DNA of 64,000 bases, taken from positions 224,001 through 288,000 of the forward strand of contig BK006936.2 of assembly GCA_000146045.2 (NCBI GenBank), read 5' to 3'. Source of the stretch: TPA_inf: Saccharomyces. Lineage: Eukaryota. The notes below the pieces were generated by a model, which saw nothing but the letters and a program-made list of their open reading frames with translations, ran no database searches and was not told the origin of the DNA. A program made the translations under genes and the position numbers. How positions within the stretch are numbered: position 1 is the stretch's first letter; the number at the start of each line of letters is the position of its first letter. Of this stretch, positions 1-11,393 are shown in pieces.

Positions 1-2598
1 GGCAAGGAATCCAGATTAGATCAATTCAATTACGACGCACTCACTTTCGATGAAGACTTAAACCGTTTAACTGCTTCATATCAATCGTTCATTGCGTCAA
101 ATGAGATCCAACAATCCAATGATCTTAACATAGAATCAGACCATGACTTTCAATCTGATATTGAACTATATCCTGAGCAACCGAGAAATGTCCTTTCAAA
201 AGCTGTGAGTCCAACCGATTCCACACCCCCGTCAACTCATACTGAAGATTCGAAACGTGTTTCTAAAACCAATATTCGCGCACCCAGAGAAGTTGACCCC
301 AACATATCTGAATCTAATATTCTTCCATCTAAGAAGAGATCTAGCACCCCCCAAATTTCCGATATCGAGAGTACCGATTCGGGTGGTATGCATAGATTAG
401 ATGTTCCTTTACTTGCTCCCATGTCCCAATCTAACACACATGAGTCGTCGTACGCCAGTAAATCTAAAGATTTCAGACACTCAGACTCGTACAGTGACAA
501 TGAGACTAATCATACAAACGTACCAATATCCAGTACGGGTGGTACCAATAATAAAACTGTTCCGCAGACAAGCGAACAGGAGACTGAGAAAAGGATTATA
601 CACCGTTCACCTTCGATCGATACTTCCTCATCAGAAAGTAATTCACTACACCACGTCGTTCCTATCAAAACGTCAGATACCTGTCCTAAGGAGAATACAG
701 AGGAATCTATAATTGCTGATCTTCCACTTCCCGATCTGCCTCCAGAACCTCCTACCGAATTATCAGACTCCTTTAAGGAACTTCCACCGATCAATTCTCG
801 TCAAACTAATTCCAGTTTGGGTGGTATTGGTGACTCTAATGCCTATACTACTATCAACAGTAAGAAAAGATCATTAGAAGATAATGAAACTGAAATTAAG
901 GTATCACGAGACACATGGAATACTAAGAATATGCGTAGTTTAGAACCTCCGAGATCGAAGAAACGAATTCACCTGATTGCAGCTGTAAAAGCAGTAAAAT
1001 CAATCAAACCAATACGAACAACCTTACGATACGATGAGGCAATCACCTATAATAAAGATATTAAAGAAAAAGAAAAATATATCGAGGCATACCACAAAGA
1101 AGTCAATCAACTGTTGAAGATGAAAACTTGGGACACTGACAAATATTATGACAGAAAAGAAATAGACCCTAAAAGAGTAATAAATTCAATGTTTATCTTC
1201 AACAGGAAACGTGACGGTACTCATAAAGCTAGATTTGTTGCAAGAGGTGATATTCAGCATCCTGACACTTACGACTCAGGCATGCAATCCAATACCGTAC
1301 ATCACTATGCATTAATGACATCCCTGTCACTTGCATTAGACAATAACTACCATATTACACAATTAGACATATCTTCGGCATATTTGTATGCAGACATCAA
1401 AGAAGAATTATACATAAGACCTCCACCACATTTAGGAATGAATGATAAGTTGATACGTTTGAAGAAATCACTTTATGGATTGAAACAAAGTGGAGCGAAC
1501 TGGTACGAAACTATCAAATCATACCTGATAAAACAATGTGGTATGGAAGAAGTTCGTGGATGGTCATGCGTATTTAAAAACAGTCAAGTGACAATTTGTT
1601 TATTCGTAGATGATATGGTATTGTTTAGCAAAAATCTAAATTCAAACAAAAGAATTATAGACAAGCTTAAGATGCAATACGACACCAAGATTATAAATCT
1701 AGGCGAAAGTGATGAGGAAATTCAATATGACATTCTTGGCTTGGAAATCAAATACCAAAGAGGTAAATACATGAAATTGGGTATGGAAAACTCATTAACT
1801 GAAAAAATACCCAAACTAAACGTACCTTTGAACCCAAAAGGAAGGAAACTTAGCGCTCCAGGTCAACCAGGTCTATATATAGACCAGCAAGAACTAGAGC
1901 TAGAAGAAGATGATTACAAAATGAAGGTACATGAAATGCAAAAGCTGATAGGTCTAGCATCATATGTTGGATATAAATTTAGATTTGACCTATTATACTA
2001 CATCAACACACTTGCACAACATATACTATTTCCGTCCAAGCAAGTGTTAGATATGACATATGAATTGATACAGTTCATATGGAATACGAGAGATAAGCAA
2101 TTAATATGGCACAAAAGCAAACCTGTTAAGCCAACAAATAAATTAGTTGTTATAAGCGATGCCTCGTATGGTAACCAACCGTATTATAAATCACAAATTG
2201 GCAACATATATTTACTTAATGGAAAAGTAATTGGAGGAAAGTCCACCAAGGCTTCATTAACATGTACTTCAACCACGGAAGCAGAAATACACGCAATAAG
2301 TGAATCTGTCCCATTATTAAATAATCTAAGTTACCTGATACAAGAACTCGACAAGAAACCAATTACCAAAGGATTACTAACCGACAGTAAATCTACAATC
2401 AGTATAATTATATCCAATAATGAAGAGAAATTTAGAAACAGATTTTTTGGTACTAAAGCAATGAGACTGAGAGATGAAGTATCAGGAAATCATCTGCACG
2501 TATGCTATATCGAAACCAAAAAGAATATTGCAGACGTAATGACCAAACCTCTTCCGATAAAAACATTCAAACTATTAACAAACAAATGGATTCATTAG
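1..2598 (+). CDS. TYB: Ty1 TYB (Gag-Pol) C-terminal portion: reverse transcriptase and RNase H; 5' partial
   Basis: Continuous open frame with no stop from position 1. The ORF track only begins at a GTG at 205. Ends ...LTNKWIH-stop, as in Ty1 Pol. Confidence 0.85.
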   Translation, partial: GKESRLDQFNYDALTFDEDLNRLTASYQSFIASNEIQQSNDLNIESDHDFQSDIELYPEQPRNVLSKAVSPTDSTPPSTHTEDSKRVSKTNIRAPREVDPNISESNILPSKKRSSTPQISDIESTDSGGMHRLDVPLLAPMSQSNTHESSYASKSKDFRHSDSYSDNETNHTNVPISSTGGTNNKTVPQTSEQETEKRIIHRSPSIDTSSSESNSLHHVVPIKTSDTCPKENTEESIIADLPLPDLPPEPPTELSDSFKELPPINSRQTNSSLGGIGDSNAYTTINSKKRSLEDNETEIKVSRDTWNTKNMRSLEPPRSKKRIHLIAAVKAVKSIKPIRTTLRYDEAITYNKDIKEKEKYIEAYHKEVNQLLKMKTWDTDKYYDRKEIDPKRVINSMFIFNRKRDGTHKARFVARGDIQHPDTYDSGMQSNTVHHYALMTSLSLALDNNYHITQLDISSAYLYADIKEELYIRPPPHLGMNDKLIRLKKSLYGLKQSGANWYETIKSYLIKQCGMEEVRGWSCVFKNSQVTICLFVDDMVLFSKNLNSNKRIIDKLKMQYDTKIINLGESDEEIQYDILGLEIKYQRGKYMKLGMENSLTEKIPKLNVPLNPKGRKLSAPGQPGLYIDQQELELEEDDYKMKVHEMQKLIGLASYVGYKFRFDLLYYINTLAQHILFPSKQVLDMTYELIQFIWNTRDKQLIWHKSKPVKPTNKLVVISDASYGNQPYYKSQIGNIYLLNGKVIGGKSTKASLTCTSTTEAEIHAISESVPLLNNLSYLIQELDKKPITKGLLTDSKSTISIIISNNEEKFRNRFFGTKAMRLRDEVSGNHLHVCYIETKKNIADVMTKPLPIKTFKLLTNKWIH

Positions 2599-2620
2599 AT
2601 CTATTACATTATGGGTGGTA

Positions 2621-2952
2621 TGTTGGAATAAAAATCCACTATCGTCTATCAACTAATAGTTATATTATCAATATATTATCATATACGGTGTTAAGATGAT
2701 GACATAAGTTATGAGAAGCTGTCATCGAAGTTAGAGGAAGCTGAAGTGCAAGGATTGATAATGTAATAGGATAATGAAACATATAAAACGGAATGAGGAA
2801 TAATCGTAATATTAGTATGTAGAAATATAGATTCCATTTTGAGGATTCCTATATCCTTGAGGAGAACTTCTAGTATATTCTGTATACCTAATATTATAGC
2901 CTTTATCAACAATGGAATCCCAACAATTATCTCAACATTCCCCCATTTCTCA
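2621..2952 (+). repeat. Ty1 delta LTR (3' LTR of the upstream element), 332 bp, TG...CA termini
   Basis: Starts TGTTGGAATAAAAATCCACTATCG and ends CAACATTCCCCCATTTCTCA (the classical delta U5 end), followed by GGAAT. Confidence 0.85.
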
Positions 2953-3074
2953 GGAATCCCAACAGTTATGACAAAATTTATCAGAATTCCCAGTTTCATA
3001 CATGTTTGATATTTATAGATAATTCATAATGACGGTTTATTTATTCTGGTAAGTTATGATATCATGTAAAACGA

Positions 3075-3156
3075 GGCAACTTGGCCGAGTGGTTAAGGCG
3101 AAAGATTAGAAATCTTTTGGGCTTTGCCCGCGCAGGTTCGAGTCCTGCAGTTGTCG
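3075..3156 (+). tRNA. tS(AGA): tRNA-Ser (anticodon AGA), 82 nt with long variable arm
   Basis: GGCAACTTGGCCGAGTGGTTAAGGCG A-box region; anticodon stem AAAGA/TCTTT with loop TTAGAAA (AGA); B-box GGTTCGAGTCC; T-run terminator TTATTTTTT directly downstream. Confidence 0.9.
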
Positions 3157-3635
3157 TTATTTTTTGGACAGTAATAAGAGTACGTAAAGTCAATGGAATA
3201 CGTGGTAAAAGCATCACGTTTATGTTTTATTAAAAGATTGGCATAGAACTTGGCCTTCTTCGTAACGACTTATCACCCGTTAAAAGTATGCTATATGAGT
3301 TATATCGGCTGCAGTGTATTTCTTCCTGGCTCATTTAAAGCTAATGAAATGTACCTCTCGCTTCATTTTCTAAGGTAGTGTTTTGAAGGCGTATGTATGT
3401 AATGTCACCCGGACTTTTGTAAAGAAAAAATTTTGAGTTTATGTCTTTCCGAAAATTTTTACCGATGAGCATTGAAAAGTTGCATTATTAAATTTGGTAG
3501 CGTAAAAACCACCGATTAAACAGGTAGTGTAGGTTGTAAATTAAAGATCATATTCTTTCCTGTTTACATCCAGTTTTACGTTGTTGGCCGTATTGGTATA
3601 TTTCTAGTATCAGTTACACATATTTCATTGAAAGT

Positions 3636-6600
3636 ATGGCTAAACAAAGACAAACTACTAAATCGTCTAAGCGATATAGATATTCTTCCTTCAAGGCTAG
3701 GATTGACGATTTGAAGATTGAACCGGCTAGAAATTTGGAAAAAAGGGTACATGATTATGTCGAGTCGTCGCATTTTCTCGCTTCCTTTGATCAGTGGAAA
3801 GAAATTAATTTAAGTGCCAAATTTACGGAGTTTGCAGCGGAAATTGAGCATGATGTTCAAACATTACCCCAAATACTATATCATGATAAAAAGATTTTTA
3901 ATTCTTTGGTTTCATTCATTAACTTTCACGATGAGTTTTCTTTGCAACCGCTTCTGGACCTCTTGGCTCAATTTTGTCATGATTTAGGTCCAGATTTTCT
4001 TAAATTTTATGAAGAAGCTATCAAAACTTTAATAAATCTGTTAGACGCTGCTATAGAATTTGAGTCATCTAATGTTTTTGAGTGGGGTTTCAACTGTTTG
4101 GCTTATATTTTCAAGTATCTCTCGAAATTTTTGGTTAAAAAACTGGTACTCACATGTGATCTTTTAATTCCACTATTGTCTCATTCTAAGGAATATCTTT
4201 CAAGATTTTCAGCAGAAGCATTATCTTTTTTAGTAAGAAAGTGTCCTGTTTCTAACTTGCGCGAGTTTGTTAGATCAGTTTTTGAAAAGTTAGAGGGAGA
4301 TGATGAGCAAACTAACCTCTACGAAGGGCTTCTGATATTATTCACAGAATCCATGACGTCAACGCAAGAAACTCTGCATTCGAAAGCTAAAGCTATCATG
4401 AGCGTTCTTTTGCATGAAGCTTTGACCAAATCATCCCCGGAAAGATCTGTTTCATTGCTCTCAGATATTTGGATGAACATTAGTAAGTACGCCTCAATCG
4501 AAAGTTTACTTCCAGTCTATGAAGTTATGTATCAGGATTTTAACGATTCTCTCGATGCCACCAATATCGATAGAATATTAAAAGTATTGACAACAATTGT
4601 CTTCTCGGAAAGTGGTAGAAAAATTCCTGATTGGAATAAAATTACTATCCTAATTGAAAGAATAATGAGTCAAAGTGAAAATTGTGCTTCGCTTTCACAG
4701 GATAAAGTGGCTTTCCTATTTGCTTTATTTATTCGTAACAGTGACGTGAAAACTTTAACATTATTCCACCAAAAACTTTTTAACTACGCTTTAACAAATA
4801 TATCTGACTGTTTCCTTGAATTCTTTCAATTTGCTTTAAGGCTAAGCTATGAAAGAGTATTTTCATTCAATGGATTAAAATTCCTACAGTTATTTTTAAA
4901 GAAAAATTGGCAATCACAAGGAAAAAAAATTGCACTTTTTTTTCTAGAAGTAGATGATAAGCCTGAACTGCAGAAAGTACGGGAAGTAAATTTCCCAGAA
5001 GAATTTATTTTATCTATCAGAGATTTTTTTGTCACAGCAGAAATTAATGATTCGAATGACCTTTTCGAAATATATTGGCGAGCTATAATTTTTAAATATT
5101 CGAAATTACAGAATACAGAAATTATTATCCCATTGCTTGAACGTATCTTTTCAACTTTTGCATCACCAGATAATTTTACGAAAGATATGGTCGGTACACT
5201 CTTAAAAATATATCGTAAAGAAGACGACGCTTCAGGGAATAATCTATTAAAGACTATTCTGGATAATTACGAAAACTATAAAGAAAGTTTAAACTTTTTA
5301 AGAGGATGGAACAAGTTAGTGAGTAATCTTCATCCTTCAGAAAGCTTAAAAGGACTAATGTCACACTATCCAAGTCTACTCCTTAGCTTGACAGATAATT
5401 TTATGTTGCCTGATGGGAAGATTCGTTATGAAACTTTAGAATTAATGAAGACATTAATGATTTTGCAGGGTATGCAAGTACCTGACCTCCTTTCTTCATG
5501 TATGGTTATCGAGGAAATACCTCTTACACTACAAAATGCCAGAGATTTAACCATTAGAATCAAGAATGTTGGTGCCGAATTCGGAAAAACCAAAACAGAC
5601 AAGCTAGTATCCTCTTTCTTTCTCAAATACTTATTTGGCCTTCTTACCGTTAGATTCTCTCCAGTTTGGACTGGTGTTTTTGACACTCTTCCTAATGTTT
5701 ACACAAAAGATGAAGCCCTCGTTTGGAAACTTGTGCTATCATTCATTAAACTTCCTGATGAAAATCAAAATTTGGATTACTACCAGCCTCTTCTTGAAGA
5801 TGGTGCAAACAAAGTTCTGTGGGATTCGAGTGTAGTGAGGTTAAGGGACACTATTGATACGTTCTCACATATTTGGTCAAAGTATTCTACTCAAAATACG
5901 AGCATTATATCTACTACTATTGAAAGAAGGGGGAACACCACCTACCCAATTTTAATTAGAAATCAGGCTCTAAAAGTTATGCTATCGATTCCTCAAGTTG
6001 CTGAAAATCACTTCGTCGACATCGCACCTTTTGTTTATAATGACTTCAAGACTTACAAAGATGAAGAGGATATGGAAAATGAACGTGTTATTACTGGTTC
6101 ATGGACAGAAGTTGATAGAAACGTGTTTTTAAAGACTTTAAGCAAGTTCAAAAATATAAAGAATGTTTATAGTGCAACAGAATTGCACGATCATCTGATG
6201 GTACTGTTGGGTAGCCGTAATACAGACGTTCAGAAGCTTGCGTTGGACGCACTTCTTGCATACAAAAATCCAACGTTGAATAAATATAGAGATAATTTGA
6301 AAAATCTACTAGATGACACCTTATTCAAGGACGAGATTACGACTTTTTTAACCGAAAATGGGTCGCAGTCTATCAAGGCTGAGGACGAAAAGGTAGTCAT
6401 GCCTTATGTCCTTAGAATTTTCTTCGGTCGAGCACAAGTCCCCCCAACTAGTGGACAGAAAAGAAGCCGCAAAATAGCTGTCATTTCAGTTTTGCCAAAT
6501 TTTAAGAAGCCATATATTAATGATTTTTTGAGTTTGGCTAGTGAAAGGCTGGATTATAATTATTTTTTTGGGAACAGCCATCAAATAAATAGCTCAAAGG

Positions 6601-9600
6601 CTACCTTGAAAACTATCAGACGGATGACTGGTTTCGTTAACATTGTAAATTCTACTCTGTCTGTATTAAGAACAAATTTTCCTTTGCATACTAATTCAGT
6701 GCTGCAGCCGTTGATCTATTCAATTGCTATGGCATACTATGTCTTAGATACTGAGAGCACAGAGGAGGTACATTTAAGAAAGATGGCAAGTAATTTAAGG
6801 CAACAAGGTCTAAAATGTTTAAGTAGTGTCTTTGAATTTGTTGGAAATACATTTGATTGGTCTACTTCTATGGAAGATATTTACGCCGTTGTAGTTAAGC
6901 CTCGTATTTCACATTTTTCGGATGAAAACTTACAACAACCCTCCTCTTTACTAAGACTTTTCCTTTATTGGGCACACAATCCATCTCTGTACCAGTTTTT
7001 GTATTACGATGAATTTGCAACTGCCACTGCATTGATGGACACCATATCAAACCAACACGTTAAGGAAGCTGTTATTGGCCCAATAATTGAAGCGGCGGAC
7101 TCAATTATTAGAAATCCAGTAAATGATGATCACTACGTAGATTTGGTGACTCTCATCTGCACATCATGTCTGAAAATACTTCCTTCGCTATATGTCAAAC
7201 TTTCTGACTCAAACTCGATTTCCACATTTTTGAATTTGCTAGTTAGTATCACTGAGATGGGATTTATTCAAGATGATCATGTTAGAAGTCGTTTAATTAG
7301 TTCATTAATATCAATATTAAAAGGAAAGCTAAAAAAACTGCAGGAAAATGATACCCAAAAAATTTTGAAAATATTAAAGCTGATAGTTTTCAACTACAAT
7401 TGTTCTTGGAGTGATATTGAAGAACTATACACTACCATATCTTCTTTGTTCAAAACATTTGACGAGCGAAACCTCAGGGTTTCCTTGACAGAGCTCTTCA
7501 TAGAACTCGGTAGAAAAGTTCCTGAATTAGAAAGTATTTCGAAATTGGTTGCGGACTTGAATTCATACTCCTCATCACGTATGCATGAATATGATTTTCC
7601 TAGAATTTTATCAACTTTCAAGGGGTTAATTGAAGATGGTTATAAGTCCTACAGTGAGTTAGAGTGGTTACCTCTGTTGTTCACCTTTTTACATTTTATC
7701 AATAATAAGGAAGAACTTGCGTTAAGAACAAACGCATCCCACGCTATAATGAAGTTTATTGACTTCATTAACGAAAAGCCTAATCTTAATGAAGCTTCAA
7801 AATCGATTTCTATGCTGAAGGATATACTTTTACCCAATATAAGGATTGGCCTCAGAGACTCCCTAGAAGAGGTACAAAGTGAGTATGTATCAGTGCTATC
7901 ATATATGGTAAAAAACACGAAATATTTCACCGACTTCGAAGATATGGCCATTTTACTGTACAATGGTGATGAAGAAGCAGATTTTTTTACAAACGTTAAT
8001 CATATTCAGCTTCATCGTCGTCAGAGAGCCATTAAAAGACTAGGTGAACATGCTCATCAACTCAAAGATAACAGTATATCCCATTATTTAATTCCAATGA
8101 TCGAACATTATGTCTTTTCGGATGATGAAAGATACAGAAATATTGGAAATGAGACCCAAATAGCCATCGGAGGGTTGGCGCAGCACATGAGTTGGAATCA
8201 ATACAAAGCTCTTCTTAGAAGGTACATTTCTATGTTGAAAACCAAGCCTAACCAAATGAAGCAAGCCGTACAATTAATTGTTCAACTTTCTGTTCCACTT
8301 AGAGAAACTCTTCGTATCGTAAGAGATGGGGCTGAGTCGAAACTTACTTTGAGCAAATTTCCTTCCAACTTAGATGAACCCAGTAATTTTATTAAGCAAG
8401 AATTGTATCCGACTCTTTCGAAAATTCTTGGCACTAGAGATGACGAAACTATAATTGAAAGAATGCCTATTGCGGAGGCATTAGTTAATATTGTTTTAGG
8501 GCTCACAAATGATGATATTACTAATTTCCTCCCTAGTATTCTAACAAATATTTGCCAAGTTTTGAGAAGTAAATCCGAAGAATTAAGAGATGCAGTAAGA
8601 GTAACCTTGGGTAAAATCAGTATTATCTTGGGCGCTGAGTATCTTGTCTTTGTGATAAAGGAATTAATGGCTACATTAAAACGTGGTTCTCAAATTCATG
8701 TGTTAAGTTACACTGTCCACTACATATTAAAGAGTATGCACGGAGTCTTAAAACACTCCGATTTGGATACCTCGTCCAGTATGATTGTTAAGATTATAAT
8801 GGAAAATATCTTTGGGTTCGCTGGTGAAGAAAAAGACTCTGAGAATTATCATACAAAAGTGAAAGAAATTAAGAGTAATAAAAGCTATGATGCTGGTGAA
8901 ATTCTCGCCTCAAACATCAGCCTGACAGAATTTGGAACATTACTCTCTCCTGTGAAGGCTTTGTTGATGGTCAGAATTAATCTAAGAAATCAAAACAAAC
9001 TGAGTGAATTATTGAGACGATATTTGTTGGGTTTAAATCATAATAGTGACTCTGAGTCAGAAAGTATCCTCAAGTTCTGCCATCAGCTTTTCCAGGAATC
9101 AGAAATGAGTAATTCCCCTCAAATACCAAAGAAAAAAGTGAAAGACCAAGTAGATGAAAAAGAAGACTTTTTCTTGGTAAATTTGGAGTCGAAATCTTAT
9201 ACCATCAACTCAAACAGTTTGCTTTTGAACAGCACTTTACAAAAATTTGCTTTAGACTTACTTAGGAACGTAATAACGAGACACCGCTCCTTTTTAACTG
9301 TCTCGCACCTAGAGGGTTTTATTCCATTTTTGAGAGATTCGTTACTTTCGGAAAATGAAGGTGTGGTAATTAGTACTTTACGTATCCTGATTACATTAAT
9401 TAGGCTAGATTTTTCCGATGAATCTAGTGAAATCTTCAAAAACTGTGCGAGGAAGGTACTAAATATTATCAAGGTTTCTCCTTCAACTTCAAGCGAATTA
9501 TGCCAAATGGGTTTAAAGTTTCTTTCTGCCTTTATACGTCACACAGATTCAACATTAAAGGATACTGCTTTGAGTTATGTTCTAGGGAGGGTCTTACCAG

Positions 9601-11117
9601 ATTTAAATGAACCAAGCAGACAAGGCCTTGCTTTTAATTTCCTAAAAGCACTTGTTTCAAAACATATCATGCTTCCAGAACTCTATGACATTGCGGATAC
9701 TACTAGGGAAATCATGGTCACAAACCACTCAAAAGAAATTAGGGATGTATCCAGGAGCGTTTACTACCAATTTTTAATGGAATATGACCAAAGTAAGGGT
9801 CGTTTAGAAAAGCAGTTCAAATTTATGGTCGACAATTTACAGTATCCTACCGAGTCCGGCCGTCAGTCCGTAATGGAATTGATCAATTTGATTATTACAA
9901 AGGCTAATCCTGCTTTACTATCCAAATTATCATCTTCCTTCTTTCTGGCGCTAGTTAATGTTTCTTTTAATGATGATGCGCCAAGATGCCGTGAGATGGC
10001 TTCAGTATTGATTTCCACCATGCTTCCAAAGCTTGAAAATAAGGACCTTGAAATTGTTGAAAAATATATAGCCGCTTGGCTAAAACAGGTTGATAATGCA
10101 TCCTTTTTAAATCTTGGGTTGAGAACTTATAAGGTCTACTTGAAAAGTATTGGGTTTGAACATACTATTGAGCTAGACGAGCTTGCCATCAAGCGTATAA
10201 GGTACATTTTGAGCGATACGTCGGTAGGATCAGAACATCAGTGGGATTTGGTATACTCAGCTTTAAATACGTTCTCATCTTATATGGAAGCAACAGAGAG
10301 CGTTTATAAACATGGTTTCAAAGACATATGGGATGGTATTATCACATGTCTCTTGTATCCGCACTCATGGGTCCGTCAATCGGCGGCAAATCTTGTTCAT
10401 CAACTCATAGCCAATAAGGATAAGCTGGAGATATCATTAACCAATCTGGAAATTCAAACCATTGCAACAAGAATTCTTCACCAATTAGGTGCGCCTTCTA
10501 TTCCGGAGAATCTTGCGAACGTCTCAATAAAAACATTAGTTAATATCAGTATCCTATGGAAGGAGCAACGCACGCCGTTCATAATGGATGTATCAAAACA
10601 AACTGGAGAGGATCTAAAATATACTACCGCCATTGATTATATGGTAACTCGAATTGGTGGTATTATCAGGTCGGATGAACATCGTATGGATTCTTTTATG
10701 TCGAAGAAGGCGTGTATTCAGTTATTGGCCTTATTAGTTCAAGTTCTGGACGAAGACGAAGTAATTGCAGAAGGGGAAAAGATATTATTGCCGCTATATG
10801 GTTATTTAGAAACATATTACTCAAGAGCAGTTGATGAAGAACAGGAAGAACTACGCACTCTTTCAAACGAATGTTTAAAAATACTGGAAGACAAATTGCA
10901 AGTATCCGATTTTACAAAAATATACACTGCTGTCAAACAGACCGTATTAGAAAGAAGAAAGGAAAGGAGATCTAAAAGGGCAATTCTGGCTGTTAACGCT
11001 CCACAAATTTCTGCTGATAAAAAGTTGAGAAAGCATGCGAGATCGAGGGAAAAGAGAAAGCATGAAAAGGATGAAAATGGGTATTATCAAAGACGTAACA
11101 AAAGAAAGAGAGCCTAG
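3636..11117 (+). CDS. UTP20: UTP20, SSU processome component (2493 aa)
   Basis: Single uninterrupted 7.5 kb ORF. HEAT/ARM-like helical repeat protein with a basic C-terminal KR-rich tail. Length and context (between Ty1/tRNA-Ser and HTA2) match UTP20. Confidence 0.9.
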   Translation: MAKQRQTTKSSKRYRYSSFKARIDDLKIEPARNLEKRVHDYVESSHFLASFDQWKEINLSAKFTEFAAEIEHDVQTLPQILYHDKKIFNSLVSFINFHDEFSLQPLLDLLAQFCHDLGPDFLKFYEEAIKTLINLLDAAIEFESSNVFEWGFNCLAYIFKYLSKFLVKKLVLTCDLLIPLLSHSKEYLSRFSAEALSFLVRKCPVSNLREFVRSVFEKLEGDDEQTNLYEGLLILFTESMTSTQETLHSKAKAIMSVLLHEALTKSSPERSVSLLSDIWMNISKYASIESLLPVYEVMYQDFNDSLDATNIDRILKVLTTIVFSESGRKIPDWNKITILIERIMSQSENCASLSQDKVAFLFALFIRNSDVKTLTLFHQKLFNYALTNISDCFLEFFQFALRLSYERVFSFNGLKFLQLFLKKNWQSQGKKIALFFLEVDDKPELQKVREVNFPEEFILSIRDFFVTAEINDSNDLFEIYWRAIIFKYSKLQNTEIIIPLLERIFSTFASPDNFTKDMVGTLLKIYRKEDDASGNNLLKTILDNYENYKESLNFLRGWNKLVSNLHPSESLKGLMSHYPSLLLSLTDNFMLPDGKIRYETLELMKTLMILQGMQVPDLLSSCMVIEEIPLTLQNARDLTIRIKNVGAEFGKTKTDKLVSSFFLKYLFGLLTVRFSPVWTGVFDTLPNVYTKDEALVWKLVLSFIKLPDENQNLDYYQPLLEDGANKVLWDSSVVRLRDTIDTFSHIWSKYSTQNTSIISTTIERRGNTTYPILIRNQALKVMLSIPQVAENHFVDIAPFVYNDFKTYKDEEDMENERVITGSWTEVDRNVFLKTLSKFKNIKNVYSATELHDHLMVLLGSRNTDVQKLALDALLAYKNPTLNKYRDNLKNLLDDTLFKDEITTFLTENGSQSIKAEDEKVVMPYVLRIFFGRAQVPPTSGQKRSRKIAVISVLPNFKKPYINDFLSLASERLDYNYFFGNSHQINSSKATLKTIRRMTGFVNIVNSTLSVLRTNFPLHTNSVLQPLIYSIAMAYYVLDTESTEEVHLRKMASNLRQQGLKCLSSVFEFVGNTFDWSTSMEDIYAVVVKPRISHFSDENLQQPSSLLRLFLYWAHNPSLYQFLYYDEFATATALMDTISNQHVKEAVIGPIIEAADSIIRNPVNDDHYVDLVTLICTSCLKILPSLYVKLSDSNSISTFLNLLVSITEMGFIQDDHVRSRLISSLISILKGKLKKLQENDTQKILKILKLIVFNYNCSWSDIEELYTTISSLFKTFDERNLRVSLTELFIELGRKVPELESISKLVADLNSYSSSRMHEYDFPRILSTFKGLIEDGYKSYSELEWLPLLFTFLHFINNKEELALRTNASHAIMKFIDFINEKPNLNEASKSISMLKDILLPNIRIGLRDSLEEVQSEYVSVLSYMVKNTKYFTDFEDMAILLYNGDEEADFFTNVNHIQLHRRQRAIKRLGEHAHQLKDNSISHYLIPMIEHYVFSDDERYRNIGNETQIAIGGLAQHMSWNQYKALLRRYISMLKTKPNQMKQAVQLIVQLSVPLRETLRIVRDGAESKLTLSKFPSNLDEPSNFIKQELYPTLSKILGTRDDETIIERMPIAEALVNIVLGLTNDDITNFLPSILTNICQVLRSKSEELRDAVRVTLGKISIILGAEYLVFVIKELMATLKRGSQIHVLSYTVHYILKSMHGVLKHSDLDTSSSMIVKIIMENIFGFAGEEKDSENYHTKVKEIKSNKSYDAGEILASNISLTEFGTLLSPVKALLMVRINLRNQNKLSELLRRYLLGLNHNSDSESESILKFCHQLFQESEMSNSPQIPKKKVKDQVDEKEDFFLVNLESKSYTINSNSLLLNSTLQKFALDLLRNVITRHRSFLTVSHLEGFIPFLRDSLLSENEGVVISTLRILITLIRLDFSDESSEIFKNCARKVLNIIKVSPSTSSELCQMGLKFLSAFIRHTDSTLKDTALSYVLGRVLPDLNEPSRQGLAFNFLKALVSKHIMLPELYDIADTTREIMVTNHSKEIRDVSRSVYYQFLMEYDQSKGRLEKQFKFMVDNLQYPTESGRQSVMELINLIITKANPALLSKLSSSFFLALVNVSFNDDAPRCREMASVLISTMLPKLENKDLEIVEKYIAAWLKQVDNASFLNLGLRTYKVYLKSIGFEHTIELDELAIKRIRYILSDTSVGSEHQWDLVYSALNTFSSYMEATESVYKHGFKDIWDGIITCLLYPHSWVRQSAANLVHQLIANKDKLEISLTNLEIQTIATRILHQLGAPSIPENLANVSIKTLVNISILWKEQRTPFIMDVSKQTGEDLKYTTAIDYMVTRIGGIIRSDEHRMDSFMSKKACIQLLALLVQVLDEDEVIAEGEKILLPLYGYLETYYSRAVDEEQEELRTLSNECLKILEDKLQVSDFTKIYTAVKQTVLERRKERRSKRAILAVNAPQISADKKLRKHARSREKRKHEKDENGYYQRRNKRKRA

Positions 11118-11393
11118 CTGTAATATATCTTTATAACATGTATACTAATGAATAAAAAATCCAAGTTATAACGTCAAAGCTGTAGTACGTTAGCATTTCC
11201 GTAAGTAAAACCGTAAACTTGATACGTTTTTTATTTTCTTTATTAATAGTAATACTATACACTGTCTTTAATAAAACGACGCTATTTATAAAACTGTTAG
11301 ATAAAAGACATACCAGTCTTCCTCATATGACCTACTTTAAAACCCCAAATGACAAGAATGTTTGATTTGCTTTGTTTCTTTTCAACTCAGTTC

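Larger units (their letters stand above)
1..2952 (+). mobile_element. Ty1 LTR-retrotransposon, 3' portion (RT/RNase H region of TYB plus 3' LTR); 5' part lies outside the window
   Basis: Frame 1 is open from base 1 to 2598 and translates to Ty1 Pol (YXDD motif FVDDMVLF, RNase H region), then a 332-bp delta LTR. Bases 1-2598 are near-identical to 38541-41140 of the full Ty1 further along the window. Confidence 0.9.

Noticed and set aside
237-794. Small ORFs (87-103 aa) antisense to or overlapping TYB in the first Ty1, and their duplicates at 38776-39419 in the second Ty1
   Set aside because: They are nested inside a well-supported 2.4-kb Pol reading frame and are identical between the two transposon copies, so they are frame-overlap artefacts.
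2953-2975. Delta-like string ggaatcccaacagttatgac immediately after the first Ty1 3' LTR
   Set aside because: Only about 17 nt resemble the LTR interior. It is too short to call a remnant of an older delta, although it is compatible with insertion into an old scar.
2709-2999. LTR-internal ORFs (2709-2999, 35666-35869, 41251-41454, 34632-34937)
   Set aside because: They lie wholly within delta LTR sequence and recur in every LTR copy. Delta elements carry no known protein-coding gene.
4847-9472. About 10 small minus-strand ORFs inside UTP20
   Set aside because: All are antisense to a 7.5-kb conserved CDS, AT-rich, and lack recognisable motifs.
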